Positions 26,428-34,904 of a stretch of 40,490 bases of DNA are shown here, one piece after another (the first letter of the stretch is position 1; every line of letters begins with the position of its first letter). The notes beneath the pieces are model-generated. The model was not told the origin of the DNA, ran no database searches, and worked only from the letters and a program-made list of their open reading frames with translations. A program made the translations under genes and the position numbers. Source of the DNA: Candidatus Micrarchaeota archaeon (GTDB lineage Archaea > Micrarchaeota > Micrarchaeia > Anstonellales > Anstonellaceae); the NCBI GenBank assembly GCA_013331805.1, contig DUFS01000038.1, forward strand, positions 6,313 to 46,802, given 5' to 3'.

Positions 26428-29400
26428 TCAGTTCTTCCTGGGGCGCGCGACTGCCGCAGCGGAAGTGAGCTGCACGCCCACGATTTTCGAGCCGTCCTCG
26501 GTGCGGGTGACACCGAGGGCAACATCGGCGCTTGAGAGCACGGTGTCGTTGTGCGTGACCACAATGAACTGGGTTTTTGCCGCAAGCTGCTTCAGAAGGT
26601 CGGACAGTTTTTTGGAGTTTTCCTTGTCCAGCGCCGCATCCGCCTCGTCGAGTATGTAAAAGGGCGCGGCCTTGTACATCTGTATTGAGAAGATGAATAT
26701 CAGCGCCAAGAGGGACTTTTCCCCCCCTGACATGGAGTCCAGGTACTTGTCGCGCCCCTTTTCCTCGCGCACCTTGACCAGCAAGCCGGACTCGAACGGA
26801 TTGGAGGGCTGCTCCAAAAGAAGCGTGCCCTCGCCTGTGAAAACGTAGCCGAACAATCTCCTGAAGTTGTCGTTCACCGCCGTGAAGGTGGAGATGAAAA
26901 TCGCCCGCTTCTTGCCTTCTATCTCGTCCATCATGGATATTACCGCCTTCTTTTCGGTGTCAAGCGAAGCCACGCGGGACCTTTTCTCCTCTATGTCGCG
27001 CTTTTTTTCCTCGTATATTTCCGGGGCGCGCAAATTCACAGCCCCAAGGCCTTCCATAATTGCCCTGCTTTTGCTGGAAAGCTCCTCAAGCTCGGCTTTG
27101 GTTGCGTCAATCACGGCTACGCCGGCATACTGCTCGAGGGTCGCCTTCAGGTCTGCCAGGCGCTGCTCGGTGACCTGGCGCTTGGTCTCAAGCTCCATGA
27201 TTTCCTTGCCCCTTTTCTCCTCCTCTGCATGCACCTTGCCTATCTGCATGCCGAGCTCCTTGATCTCATGGTCCAGCTCCTCCAGCCGCAAAAGAAGTTT
27301 CTTGGAATGCGAGCTGATCTCCGCAAGCTTCCTCTCCTTTTCCTCCCTTGACTTGTTGTTTGACGCTATTTCCGACTCAAGGGAGCCGATATCCTTCTTG
27401 CATTCGGCTGACTGGGCTGTTGCCTCCTTCCTCTTTGCCTCGCGCTCAGTTCCTTCTGAAACCAGCCTTTCGATTTCTGATTTCTTTGCCGCAAGCTGCG
27501 CCTGAAGCGAGGATCTGGAGGCAATGAGCTCCAGAAGCTTTGCCTGCGATTCGTCGTTGATGTGCTTGGCGCGCTCCTCCTCCCCAGCCTGCGCAGCCTT
27601 GAGCGACTCATGCTCTGAAATTGTCTGCGAAAGCTCCTTTTCAAGAGACTGCAGGTGCGCTTTCGACTTTTTAATCTCCTCGCTGATGGTGCCAAGCGAG
27701 GAGTCTATCTCCTTAATGGCGTCCAGGGTCTTTTTGTTCGCAGACATCCTTTCGCGCGCTGACTCGGACTCGATCTCGATCCCGCGCAGCTTCACCTCTG
27801 CAGTGGCCTTTTCCTTTCTTTTTGCAGCCATTTCGTCCCGTATGGAGTAGAGGGAGGAGAAAAGCGTGTCACGCTCCTTCTTGACAGATTCCGCCTCTGA
27901 TTCCACCTTTTCCAATCCTGAGCGCGAGAGGAATGATCCCTTTTGCGACCCTCCCGAGATTATGCCGGACTTTTCGATAACCTCCCCCTCGAGGCTGACC
28001 ATCCGGACGCGGCCCACTCCTGCCTTCCTGGCGTTCTGCACGCTGTCAAAGAGCAGCGTGTCCGAGAAAACGTATGCCATTGCCTCCTTGTAGGCAGGGT
28101 CGAAATCCACAAAATCGATGAGAGGGCCCAGGCAGCCTGCCCCCTTTTCCGCGCTTGCGCGCTCCGAAGACCTGACGGTGTCCAGCGGGAGGAAGGTGCA
28201 CCTTCCGGCTTTCTGCTCCTTCAGCTTTTCTATCGCCTTGACCGCAATGTCCATGCTTTCCACAACCACGTAGTTGAGGCGCATGCCTGCAGCAGCCTCC
28301 ACCGCCACGTTGTGCTTGGGGTCGCAGCTGATGAGTGAGGAAACCGTGCCGTAAATGCCCTTCATGCCGCCGGATTTCATCTCGTCGACCGCGCGCAGGG
28401 CGAGGCTGCCTGCTGATGGGGCAAGCGTGGCGCGCAATGTTGCCGCCTTGTCCTTGAGCGAAAAGAGCCGCTTTTCAAGCTCGGGTATGGAACGGTTGAT
28501 TTCGCGCTCGCGGGAAAAGAGCTCCTCGAGCGCGGATTCGAATGCGAGTATTTCCTTTTTCAAGATGGCAGATTCGCCCTCCAGCCTGTCCTCGTTTGAA
28601 GACAGAAGCGTGGAGGAGAGCCTTTCCTTTTCCACCTTGCGCATTTCGAGCATTTTTTCCGCATTTTGGAGCGCGGAATCCGCCGCAGCCTTGCGTTCCT
28701 TGAGGGACATGATTTTTTCCGAGGAGGATTCGATTTTCTTTTTCAGGTCCTCTGACATGGGGAGGGACTGCCCATTTTTTTCAAGCGCGCCGATTTCCTT
28801 TGCAAAGCCCGAGACATCCCCTTCGAGCCTGGATAGTTCGCCTTGCATTTCCTTGTGGGCTTTCCTGAACCGCTCGATTTCGGATTTGAGGCTTTTTTCC
28901 TCGTCCTCCAGGCGCTTTTCCTCCTTTTTCCTTTCTGAAAGCGTGGCCGAGTCCGAGCCGATTTTCACCTTGAGTGACTCGATTTCCTGCATCTGGGCCT
29001 CGCGGCTTTCCGAGGAGCCGATCTTTGCCACCACCCCGCTTCGCTGCGACTCCATCTCCGAAAGGCGGTTGTTGAGCACAACTGATTGCTTTGCGATTTC
29101 CTCCTTTGCGCCTGAAATCTCGGACTGCTTGTGGATTATTTCGGACTGCGACTTGTTGAGCTTGGCATGCTCAGATGTTGCCATGGACGCCATTGCCCGC
29201 CTGTAATTCTCCTGCGCGTCCAGGTAGGAAATGGCGGAGTCCTTTTCCTTTTCAAGGTCATTGAGAAGGGTCTGCCGCTCGCCAAGGACAATGGATGCTT
29301 CGGTGATCTTTTGCTCCACCTTGCCAAGTTCGCGCAGCGCCTCGTCCTTTTTTGCGTCGAATTCGGATATGCCTGCCACCGAATCGATTATCTGGCGCCT

Positions 29401-29826
29401 CTCCTTGGAGCTCATCTCCACGATTTTCTGGACCTGCCCTTGCGCGATTATGTTGTGGCTGCCTGCCTCAAGGCCGTACTGGCGAAGCTCCTCCATGACA
29501 AGTGTTCTGGTGGAGCGCTTGCCGTTTATCCTGTAAAGCGTCTTTCCCTCGGCGTTTATTGCCCTCTTGATCTCGTACTGCTGCTCGCCGTCTATGAAAA
29601 GGGTGACTTCGGCGAACTTGCAGGAGGTGTTGATTAGCTCCGCGACCTTTTTTGCGCGGAGCGCCTTGAGTGAGGCTTCCCCAAGCGCGAAGCGTATGCC
29701 GTCAGTGACATTGCTCTTGCCCGACCCGTTGGGGCCTGCGAGGCAAACGTAGCCTTCCGGGAAGGATGCCTCTGCGCGCCTGAACGACTTGAAACCACGA
29801 AACTTCAAGCCCTTTATGTAGACCAT
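26428..29826 (-). CDS. smc: chromosome segregation protein SMC
   Basis: About 1130 aa with an N-terminal Walker A (LAGPNGSGKSNV), long coiled coils, a hinge (GIYGTVSSLI, RCTFLPLD), C-terminal signature LSGGEKSL-like SMSGGEKSLLALIF, and Walker B FYILDEADAALD. The start is set at MVYIKGLKF (ATG 29826), behind ATAAATTTTA on the minus strand. Confidence 0.95.
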   Translation of the reverse strand: MVYIKGLKFRGFKSFRRAEASFPEGYVCLAGPNGSGKSNVTDGIRFALGEASLKALRAKKVAELINTSCKFAEVTLFIDGEQQYEIKRAINAEGKTLYRINGKRSTRTLVMEELRQYGLEAGSHNIIAQGQVQKIVEMSSKERRQIIDSVAGISEFDAKKDEALRELGKVEQKITEASIVLGERQTLLNDLEKEKDSAISYLDAQENYRRAMASMATSEHAKLNKSQSEIIHKQSEISGAKEEIAKQSVVLNNRLSEMESQRSGVVAKIGSSESREAQMQEIESLKVKIGSDSATLSERKKEEKRLEDEEKSLKSEIERFRKAHKEMQGELSRLEGDVSGFAKEIGALEKNGQSLPMSEDLKKKIESSSEKIMSLKERKAAADSALQNAEKMLEMRKVEKERLSSTLLSSNEDRLEGESAILKKEILAFESALEELFSREREINRSIPELEKRLFSLKDKAATLRATLAPSAGSLALRAVDEMKSGGMKGIYGTVSSLISCDPKHNVAVEAAAGMRLNYVVVESMDIAVKAIEKLKEQKAGRCTFLPLDTVRSSERASAEKGAGCLGPLIDFVDFDPAYKEAMAYVFSDTLLFDSVQNARKAGVGRVRMVSLEGEVIEKSGIISGGSQKGSFLSRSGLEKVESEAESVKKERDTLFSSLYSIRDEMAAKRKEKATAEVKLRGIEIESESARERMSANKKTLDAIKEIDSSLGTISEEIKKSKAHLQSLEKELSQTISEHESLKAAQAGEEERAKHINDESQAKLLELIASRSSLQAQLAAKKSEIERLVSEGTEREAKRKEATAQSAECKKDIGSLESEIASNNKSREEKERKLAEISSHSKKLLLRLEELDHEIKELGMQIGKVHAEEEKRGKEIMELETKRQVTEQRLADLKATLEQYAGVAVIDATKAELEELSSKSRAIMEGLGAVNLRAPEIYEEKKRDIEEKRSRVASLDTEKKAVISMMDEIEGKKRAIFISTFTAVNDNFRRLFGYVFTGEGTLLLEQPSNPFESGLLVKVREEKGRDKYLDSMSGGEKSLLALIFIFSIQMYKAAPFYILDEADAALDKENSKKLSDLLKQLAAKTQFIVVTHNDTVLSSADVALGVTRTEDGSKIVGVQLTSAAAVARPRKN

Positions 29827-29857
29827 GTAAATTTTACTCCAGTAAAATTTATCAGAC

Positions 29858-29878
29858 CATTTCACCTCGCGTGAAATG
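29858..29878. other. perfect 8-bp hairpin between the pilin-like gene and the smc promoter
   Basis: CATTTCAC (29858-29865), loop CTCGC, GTGAAATG (29871-29878). It lies just upstream of the smc TATA-like element on the minus strand. Confidence 0.35.
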
Positions 29879-29971
29879 CGTATTGGCTTAACCTTGCGTC
29901 GCTTTTTCCCTATGTCGCCTTGGGCTTCATACGGATGCAGAATTTAAAAAAGGTTCGCAGGAGTGAAAATC

Positions 29972-30586
29972 CTATCCAGCTTCCACAACCGTGGTGATCC
30001 TGCCAGAGGTGGTGTAATTGTACTTGCACTCCCCTCCCTTGCAGTTGGAGTAGGTGATTGAAACATAGATGGTCTTAAGCTCGCGAAGCGAAGGCTGGGA
30101 GGTGCCGGCAAACTCCTGCGTGAAATTCATTGCATCGCCGGAATATACAATTCCTGAAGGCAATGGCAGTGTGCCTGGGTAGGTATGCCTGCCCGTCTCA
30201 TTCATGCCCATTACTGTATAGTTCACGTTGTTCACTTTTATGGGAAAGCCCAGGCCGTTTGAAAGGGAGAATTTCAAAATTGTTTTCGGGGTTCCTGGCA
30301 CAGTCTTGTATAAGATGAAGGAGGGGCAGGGAAGGTCGGGCTGGAAGGTGCATTCGGACACCGAATAGCTTGAAAGCGAAAACGCGCCCGAGGAAAGGAG
30401 AAGGGCTATGACCACGAAAAGCGCAAGGAGCGCCCATCCGTAAGTGACTAAGTATTCCATCGCAGCCTGCGCACGCAGGGTGCGAGCATTGTGCGAAGCA
30501 CAATCAATGGCAGCTTGGCCTTTCAAGCTGCCAGCAGTGGCGCAGAAGCGCCGCTCAATCGCAGCTTGACCACGCGATTTTCCCAT
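29972..30586 (-). CDS. class III (type IV pilin-like) signal-peptide protein, archaeal pilin/adhesion-pilin-like
   Basis: It contains RAQAAMEYLVTYGWALLALFVVIALLL, the basic-G/A-Q-x-x-x-E-Y/F-L plus hydrophobic helix signature of archaeal prepilins. A Cys-containing beta-rich C-terminal domain follows. The start is placed at ATG 30586 (MGKSRGQAAIE), which lies 17-31 nt downstream of TTTTTTATTCTATAG on the minus strand (plus 30603-30617). The 5' end is unusual (see findings). Confidence 0.6.
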   Translation of the reverse strand: MGKSRGQAAIERRFCATAGSLKGQAAIDCASHNARTLRAQAAMEYLVTYGWALLALFVVIALLLSSGAFSLSSYSVSECTFQPDLPCPSFILYKTVPGTPKTILKFSLSNGLGFPIKVNNVNYTVMGMNETGRHTYPGTLPLPSGIVYSGDAMNFTQEFAGTSQPSLRELKTIYVSITYSNCKGGECKYNYTTSGRITTVVEAG

Positions 30587-30634
30587 GCCAATCTTTGCCC
30601 CTCTATAGAATAAAAAACCACTCACAACCCACAT

Positions 30635-30943
30635 TCATTTGCCAATTGCCTTTTTCAGGGTCTTGAAGTGCTGCTCGGACATGCCAAAGGAAAAGTAGTG
30701 CTTTTCCCCCATCTGGTCATAGGCTTCGAACTCCACCCCGACCTTGCCAAGCGGCATGTCTGATGCCTTTTCCAGCATCTGGACGTATCGGAATGGGACC
30801 TTGAGCGTGTTTCCCTCAGCCCGGACAATCAAGCCTTCTTCGCAGAGTATTATGTCGCCCGACATGTCCAGCCCGTTCTTGTAAAGCGGCATCTTGCCTT
30901 TTATCTCTCCCAAAACCGGGTCCTTTTGCACTTCTTTTGCCAT
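30635..30943 (-). CDS. hypothetical small protein
   Basis: The ORF has a second ATG (30943, MAKEVQK) preceded by GGTGA 4 nt upstream; the longer start at 30964 would overlap the upstream gene. No family recognised. Confidence 0.45.
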   Translation of the reverse strand: MAKEVQKDPVLGEIKGKMPLYKNGLDMSGDIILCEEGLIVRAEGNTLKVPFRYVQMLEKASDMPLGKVGVEFEAYDQMGEKHYFSFGMSEQHFKTLKKAIGK

Positions 30944-30957
30944 AAAATCACCTTTTG

Positions 30958-31914
30958 TTAGCATTCAGCCAGCGTGGTCTGCGCAGGGCGCGCCATTCCT
31001 TTTGCTACGGCGTTTATTCCTATGCTGCGCAAATACTCCGCGGCATTTTCGCTGTTGCTGTTGGCGCAGATGACCTTTGATGCCCCTGACTCATAAATGT
31101 AGCGCATGGTGTCCTTGAAATCCGCATGGTCTGAGAGCGGGAATGCGCCATCCACCGGGAATTTTGAAACAGTTGCCCAGCCGGTTGCCACGGCTGTCTT
31201 TACTTCCCTTCCGTATGCGTCCGAAAGGGAGGAGCCGAACTGGAAGTTCACCATGCTGGAGGGCATGATTGCGACAAACGGGTGCCTCATCGCCTCCTCT
31301 GCCTCGGGCGTGCCGGCTGCCACATAATCGAGCTTGACGCCGCATTTTTCATAATGCGAGCAGATTTTCGCAGCAGGCGCATTCACCACTGGCGCAAGGT
31401 AGCACTCATCGTTGAGGAACCTGACAAGCTCCTGCGCCTTGCCCCTGATGTATGCGCCGAAGACGATGATTGACTCCTCGTTTTCCTTTACAAAGCCCCT
31501 CATCTGCCTTAGGACAGATGCCCTGTTGGGGAAGCGGTAGCTGGGAAGGCAGTAGGTGGAATCTATCATCAGCGCGTCGCATTTGATTATTTCTGCAGCA
31601 GGGGCTGTGAAAGAATCGTGCAGCGCAAAGTCGCCAGTGTAGGCGAATTTGCCTCCTTCTGTGTCTGCAGATATCTGCCTTGCGCCAAGCATGTGGCCCG
31701 CAGGATGGAGCTTGAGCGAGGGCATCGAAAGATGATGGGCCTGAGGCTCCCTGCCCATGATGACGAATGTTTCCTCAGAGGCGATTATTTTACGGTTCTT
31801 CCTGAATGCCTCTGTGTGATCCGAGTGCGCATGCGAAACAAAGCATATTTCGGAAGAGGCGTCGTCCAGGCCTATCCTAATGCCGTCCACTGAGAGGGAG
31901 TGCAGGGTGTCCAT
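30958..31914 (-). CDS. short metallo-beta-lactamase-fold / beta-CASP-like nuclease
   Basis: It has the HxHxDH motif as VSHAHSDHTE, then AGHMLGARQ, GDF, MIDSTY (beta-CASP motif A-like Asp) and PLSDHADF (motif B-like His). At about 318 aa it is collinear with short COG1236-type or ligase-associated exonucleases. The start is set at MDTLHSL (31914). Confidence 0.65.
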   Translation of the reverse strand: MDTLHSLSVDGIRIGLDDASSEICFVSHAHSDHTEAFRKNRKIIASEETFVIMGREPQAHHLSMPSLKLHPAGHMLGARQISADTEGGKFAYTGDFALHDSFTAPAAEIIKCDALMIDSTYCLPSYRFPNRASVLRQMRGFVKENEESIIVFGAYIRGKAQELVRFLNDECYLAPVVNAPAAKICSHYEKCGVKLDYVAAGTPEAEEAMRHPFVAIMPSSMVNFQFGSSLSDAYGREVKTAVATGWATVSKFPVDGAFPLSDHADFKDTMRYIYESGASKVICANSNSENAAEYLRSIGINAVAKGMARPAQTTLAEC

Positions 31915-31979
31915 CTGATCGCAGCAAGTAGAACGGAAAAAAGGAATAAAAGCCTGCCCTTGTGGCAAATGCAGGGAAG

Positions 31980-32750
31980 TTATTGGGGCACTGGATATGC
32001 AACAGGGATAGCCACGCTGACAATCTTATCTAACCCATCTGCTTGAACTGAAAAGTCCGATCTAAATTTTTCTGAGGAGTCGAATTTGCTGAAATTCTTG
32101 AGAGTGGCCTCTGGGCTTAAATCAGATTTGTATTGGATTTCGAACCTTATCCTGCCCTCAGAGCCGTGCAACCCATAATCCGGGACAATCCTCAAAACAG
32201 GGTCTTTGGGCCATTGCTTCCCAATTTCAGAAAGCAGTGAAAGGAAAAATTTCCTGAATTCGCCTTCGTTGACCCGAAGCACGTCATTGGAGTCGTATTT
32301 CTGAATCAGGGTCAGGGCAATCGGCAGTTCATCGCTTCTTAGCAAAGACGAGAGGCTTTGGGTGAATTCTTTCAGCGTGACGTGGTTCTCAAGTCTGGGG
32401 ACTTGGTGGTTAGACATGCTGGAGAGTACTGTTTCTCTAAGTTGTTCATTTTTCTTCTTCAGTTCGAGTACTTTTGAGGATGAGTCTAAGTCGTGTTTGA
32501 GTGTGGGGTATTCCAAGATACGTTGTTCTTCAAGCTTGGAAAAGAAAGGGTGCCTAATTCGATGGAAGAAATTTTTGAATTGTCCTCCTTTGTCAAGCCT
32601 TGCGAGGAATAGCTGGTATTTGATTGAGAGTTCATTAGCTTTTTCCAATTGTTTTGGAGAAATGAAAATAGTGCCCTTACTTTTTTGCTTAAGCAGGCTC
32701 AAATTGGTGCCAAAATCAAGGGAACTGTTTTTCAATATCATAACTGCCAT
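31980..32750 (-). CDS. hypothetical protein (AT-rich gene)
   Basis: 256-aa ORF with protein-like composition in a markedly AT-richer block. No confident family. A faint resemblance to a degenerate histidine-kinase core is too weak to call. Confidence 0.45.
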   Translation of the reverse strand: MAVMILKNSSLDFGTNLSLLKQKSKGTIFISPKQLEKANELSIKYQLFLARLDKGGQFKNFFHRIRHPFFSKLEEQRILEYPTLKHDLDSSSKVLELKKKNEQLRETVLSSMSNHQVPRLENHVTLKEFTQSLSSLLRSDELPIALTLIQKYDSNDVLRVNEGEFRKFFLSLLSEIGKQWPKDPVLRIVPDYGLHGSEGRIRFEIQYKSDLSPEATLKNFSKFDSSEKFRSDFSVQADGLDKIVSVAIPVAYPVPQ

Positions 32751-32818
32751 GTTACCACCCGCTGCCTAAATTCAAGAATAAGTGCTTAAAAATGTATGTT
32801 CAAGCGGATGAGAGGAAT

Positions 32819-33364
32819 TTAGTCCTCCTTGCCGTGCTCGGTAAGCTCCTTTTCGAGCTTGTCCAGCTGCCTGCTCACCCGCTCCATTGCCTGCCTTATG
32901 CCTGCGATTTCGAACTTGATGGACTGCAGATAAACTTTGTCAAACACAATTGTGGGCTTGGCAAGCTGAACCTCCTCAAGAACCGCCGGCACTAAAGACT
33001 CATCCTTTATTAGGTTGACGCTGTCCTCCACCCTTCGCGAAACGGTAGGGATGGGAGGCTCGCGGTAATGGTGCTCCAGCTTCTCCTCATGAGCGTGGGA
33101 GTGCTTTCCCACCTTTTGCGCTTTCTTAGGGTGCGAGGGCTTGGCGTGCTTTTTTGCAGCTGCCTTTTCAGCCTTTTCCTGCTTTTTCATGTGGCTCCTT
33201 GCTGCCTTTATCCACTTCTTCACGTTGGTGAATGAGGCGCTCTTGTTGGTCCTGGTCGCGGAATACACGGCCTGGCGTACTGACTCGAGCTTTTCCTGGT
33301 TTATGGGCTGCCCCTCGTAGCGCCTAAGCTTGGAAGATACGATTTTGATTACTTTTTCGTCCAT
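32819..33364 (-). CDS. hypothetical basic/His-rich coiled-coil protein
   Basis: 181-aa ORF with GGTGGT before the ATG and a TATA-like ATTTATATAAGTA on the minus strand (plus about 33433-33445). It has a Lys/His-rich central region and a C-terminal coiled coil. No family recognised. Confidence 0.45.
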   Translation of the reverse strand: MDEKVIKIVSSKLRRYEGQPINQEKLESVRQAVYSATRTNKSASFTNVKKWIKAARSHMKKQEKAEKAAAKKHAKPSHPKKAQKVGKHSHAHEEKLEHHYREPPIPTVSRRVEDSVNLIKDESLVPAVLEEVQLAKPTIVFDKVYLQSIKFEIAGIRQAMERVSRQLDKLEKELTEHGKED

Positions 33365-33468
33365 TTTACCACCACTTATGCAGAATTAGCGTTGCCGCAT
33401 TGTTGCCAGTATTGCACACAGGATACTTATATAAATGCGTGTCTAATGGAGGAAAACTGTGTTGAATA

Positions 33469-34140
33469 TCAGCCTTTTTCCGCCTTGTGCCTCCTGGTAA
33501 GGAGTTCTCGGATCTTTTTTGCCTTTTTCCCGCCCATGTTGTCCACTTCCTGCAACTCGGACTCGGGCGCTGTCATCACGTTTTCCACTGTGTCAAAGTA
33601 CGAAAGTAAGGCTTTTGCCATCGAAGGGCCGACATTGGGGAGAGCCTCGATGACCGCCCGCTGCTGGTCTGCAAGTGTGAGGGCCTTTTTCTTGGCATAT
33701 ACCGAAAGCTCCTGCTTTTTGGTGAGCTGCTCGTGCCTGGCAAGCGCTGCGACCATTTCAGCAGTCGCAGAAGCCGAGCGGGTGAAGAATATTGCGCAGC
33801 CGAAATCCGAAATTATGGATGAATAGGCGCCCAGCAATGCTGCCCTTGACAGGCGGGAATCCGAGTCCGGGCTGCCCTCCACAATGACAATCACCCGCTC
33901 GAAAGAGCCCAAAAGCTCCTTCAGCTGCCGGAAAAGCCGTCCGTCCACAATTGAGGACTCGAAATCAGCGCGGGTCTTGCGCTCCACTGCCAGCCGGTCG
34001 GAAACCTGATAGTCGCCAAGCGCAAGCTGGCGAATCTCTATTTCCGCGCCAAGAGACTCCAGGCAGTCGCACACTTCGTCAGGCTCGCGGCTGTCAACAG
34101 CGATGCGCGGCTTTTTTTCCTCTGCCAGAAAGACCACCAA
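33469..34140 (-). CDS. xpf: short-form XPF/ERCC4-type structure-specific endonuclease with C-terminal (HhH)2
   Basis: The ERCC4 nuclease signature is IAVDSRE...LALGDYQVSDRLAVERKTRADF...GRLFRQ. The C-terminus has tandem helix-hairpin-helix elements (LPNVGPSMAKALL, VDNMGGKKAKKI). There is no helicase domain. The start is non-ATG (TTG 34140 or GTG 34137). Confidence 0.85.
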   Translation of the reverse strand: MVVFLAEEKKPRIAVDSREPDEVCDCLESLGAEIEIRQLALGDYQVSDRLAVERKTRADFESSIVDGRLFRQLKELLGSFERVIVIVEGSPDSDSRLSRAALLGAYSSIISDFGCAIFFTRSASATAEMVAALARHEQLTKKQELSVYAKKKALTLADQQRAVIEALPNVGPSMAKALLSYFDTVENVMTAPESELQEVDNMGGKKAKKIRELLTRRHKAEKG

Positions 34141-34143
34141 AAG

Positions 34144-34836
34144 CTATTCCTTAACATTCCGCGAAATGTAGTCGGATATTTCGCCAAAGCCGACCGCGCA
34201 GCCCGAGTACTTGAGCTTGTATAGCGAAGCCTCGATTGCGTCCTCCTTCAGCTTGCCATAGTCCGCAAAATAGCCCTTTTCATATGCCAAAAGAAGCAAT
34301 TCGCTTGAGCGGAAGAAGCGGATGCCCTTTGTGAGCCGGGCGATTGAGGACAGGTTCTCCTCGTCAACCGTGATTGGCCGGCGCAGCTCCTCCTCAAGGT
34401 GCTGCCTTAAGGACTCGGGGTCCTCTGCCAGCATGCGCGTGGTCCGCTCGTCAATCAGGAGGTTGTCCACGCCGATTTCCCGAGAAAGCGCGAGCATTTC
34501 GGTCTCTCCTTCCTGCAAAAGGCGCAGCGGCGTTCCCTGCGCGTAGAAGAGGTTGTTTGCAGTCCAGCGGATTTCCTGCACCTTTTTCCCTATGTCCGCA
34601 TCCACCACTTCTATCACTCCCTCGTTTATGGCTCGCTTGAGGCGGATTGCGTGGATGGAGTGCATCTTCATGTGCATTGGGTGCTGCACGCACTCGTATT
34701 CGACTGAGGGGGGGATGATGAAATTCCCCTTGTAGCGGCGCTTCAGGAAGTAAAGCGCGTGTATGAAGCAGGAGTCGGTGAGCGAAATGAGCGAGGAGGC
34801 GTCGCAGATCATCGACTGGCCTGAGAGCTTGGGCAT
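34144..34836 (-). CDS. hypothetical protein, possible PIN-like nuclease domain
   Basis: 230 aa. The N-terminal ICDASSLISL, then GETEMLAL and LLIDERT, supply acidic residues spaced as in PIN domains. Its stop lies 3 nt from the xpf start. The assignment is tentative. Confidence 0.4.
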   Translation of the reverse strand: MPKLSGQSMICDASSLISLTDSCFIHALYFLKRRYKGNFIIPPSVEYECVQHPMHMKMHSIHAIRLKRAINEGVIEVVDADIGKKVQEIRWTANNLFYAQGTPLRLLQEGETEMLALSREIGVDNLLIDERTTRMLAEDPESLRQHLEEELRRPITVDEENLSSIARLTKGIRFFRSSELLLLAYEKGYFADYGKLKEDAIEASLYKLKYSGCAVGFGEISDYISRNVKE

Positions 34837-34904
34837 ACTCTTCGCTTTTCGGAAGGCAGATTAAAAAGAATGAGCATGGGCTGCCTTTCAGCTTTGCGCC
34901 CGGC

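Noticed and set aside
29827-29865. A longer smc start (MKWSDKFYWSKIY...).
   Set aside because: SMC proteins start a few residues before the beta-strand and Walker A (MVYIKGLKF...GPNGSGKSN). The extension would cover the TATA-like box and part of the hairpin.
30456-30571. The three spaced 17-nt repeats, considered as a possible mini-CRISPR array.
   Set aside because: The repeats are short, degenerate and in frame within a coding sequence, where they encode the same peptide motif. The spacing of 48-51 nt is a codon multiple, and no cas genes or leader are present. They are reported instead as a coding-repeat finding.
30587-30634. A longer start for the pilin-like ORF (MWVVSGFLFYRGAKIG...).
   Set aside because: The extension covers the TATA-like TTTTTTATTCTATAG element and abuts the upstream gene's stop. 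MGKSRGQAA is a typical short basic class III leader.
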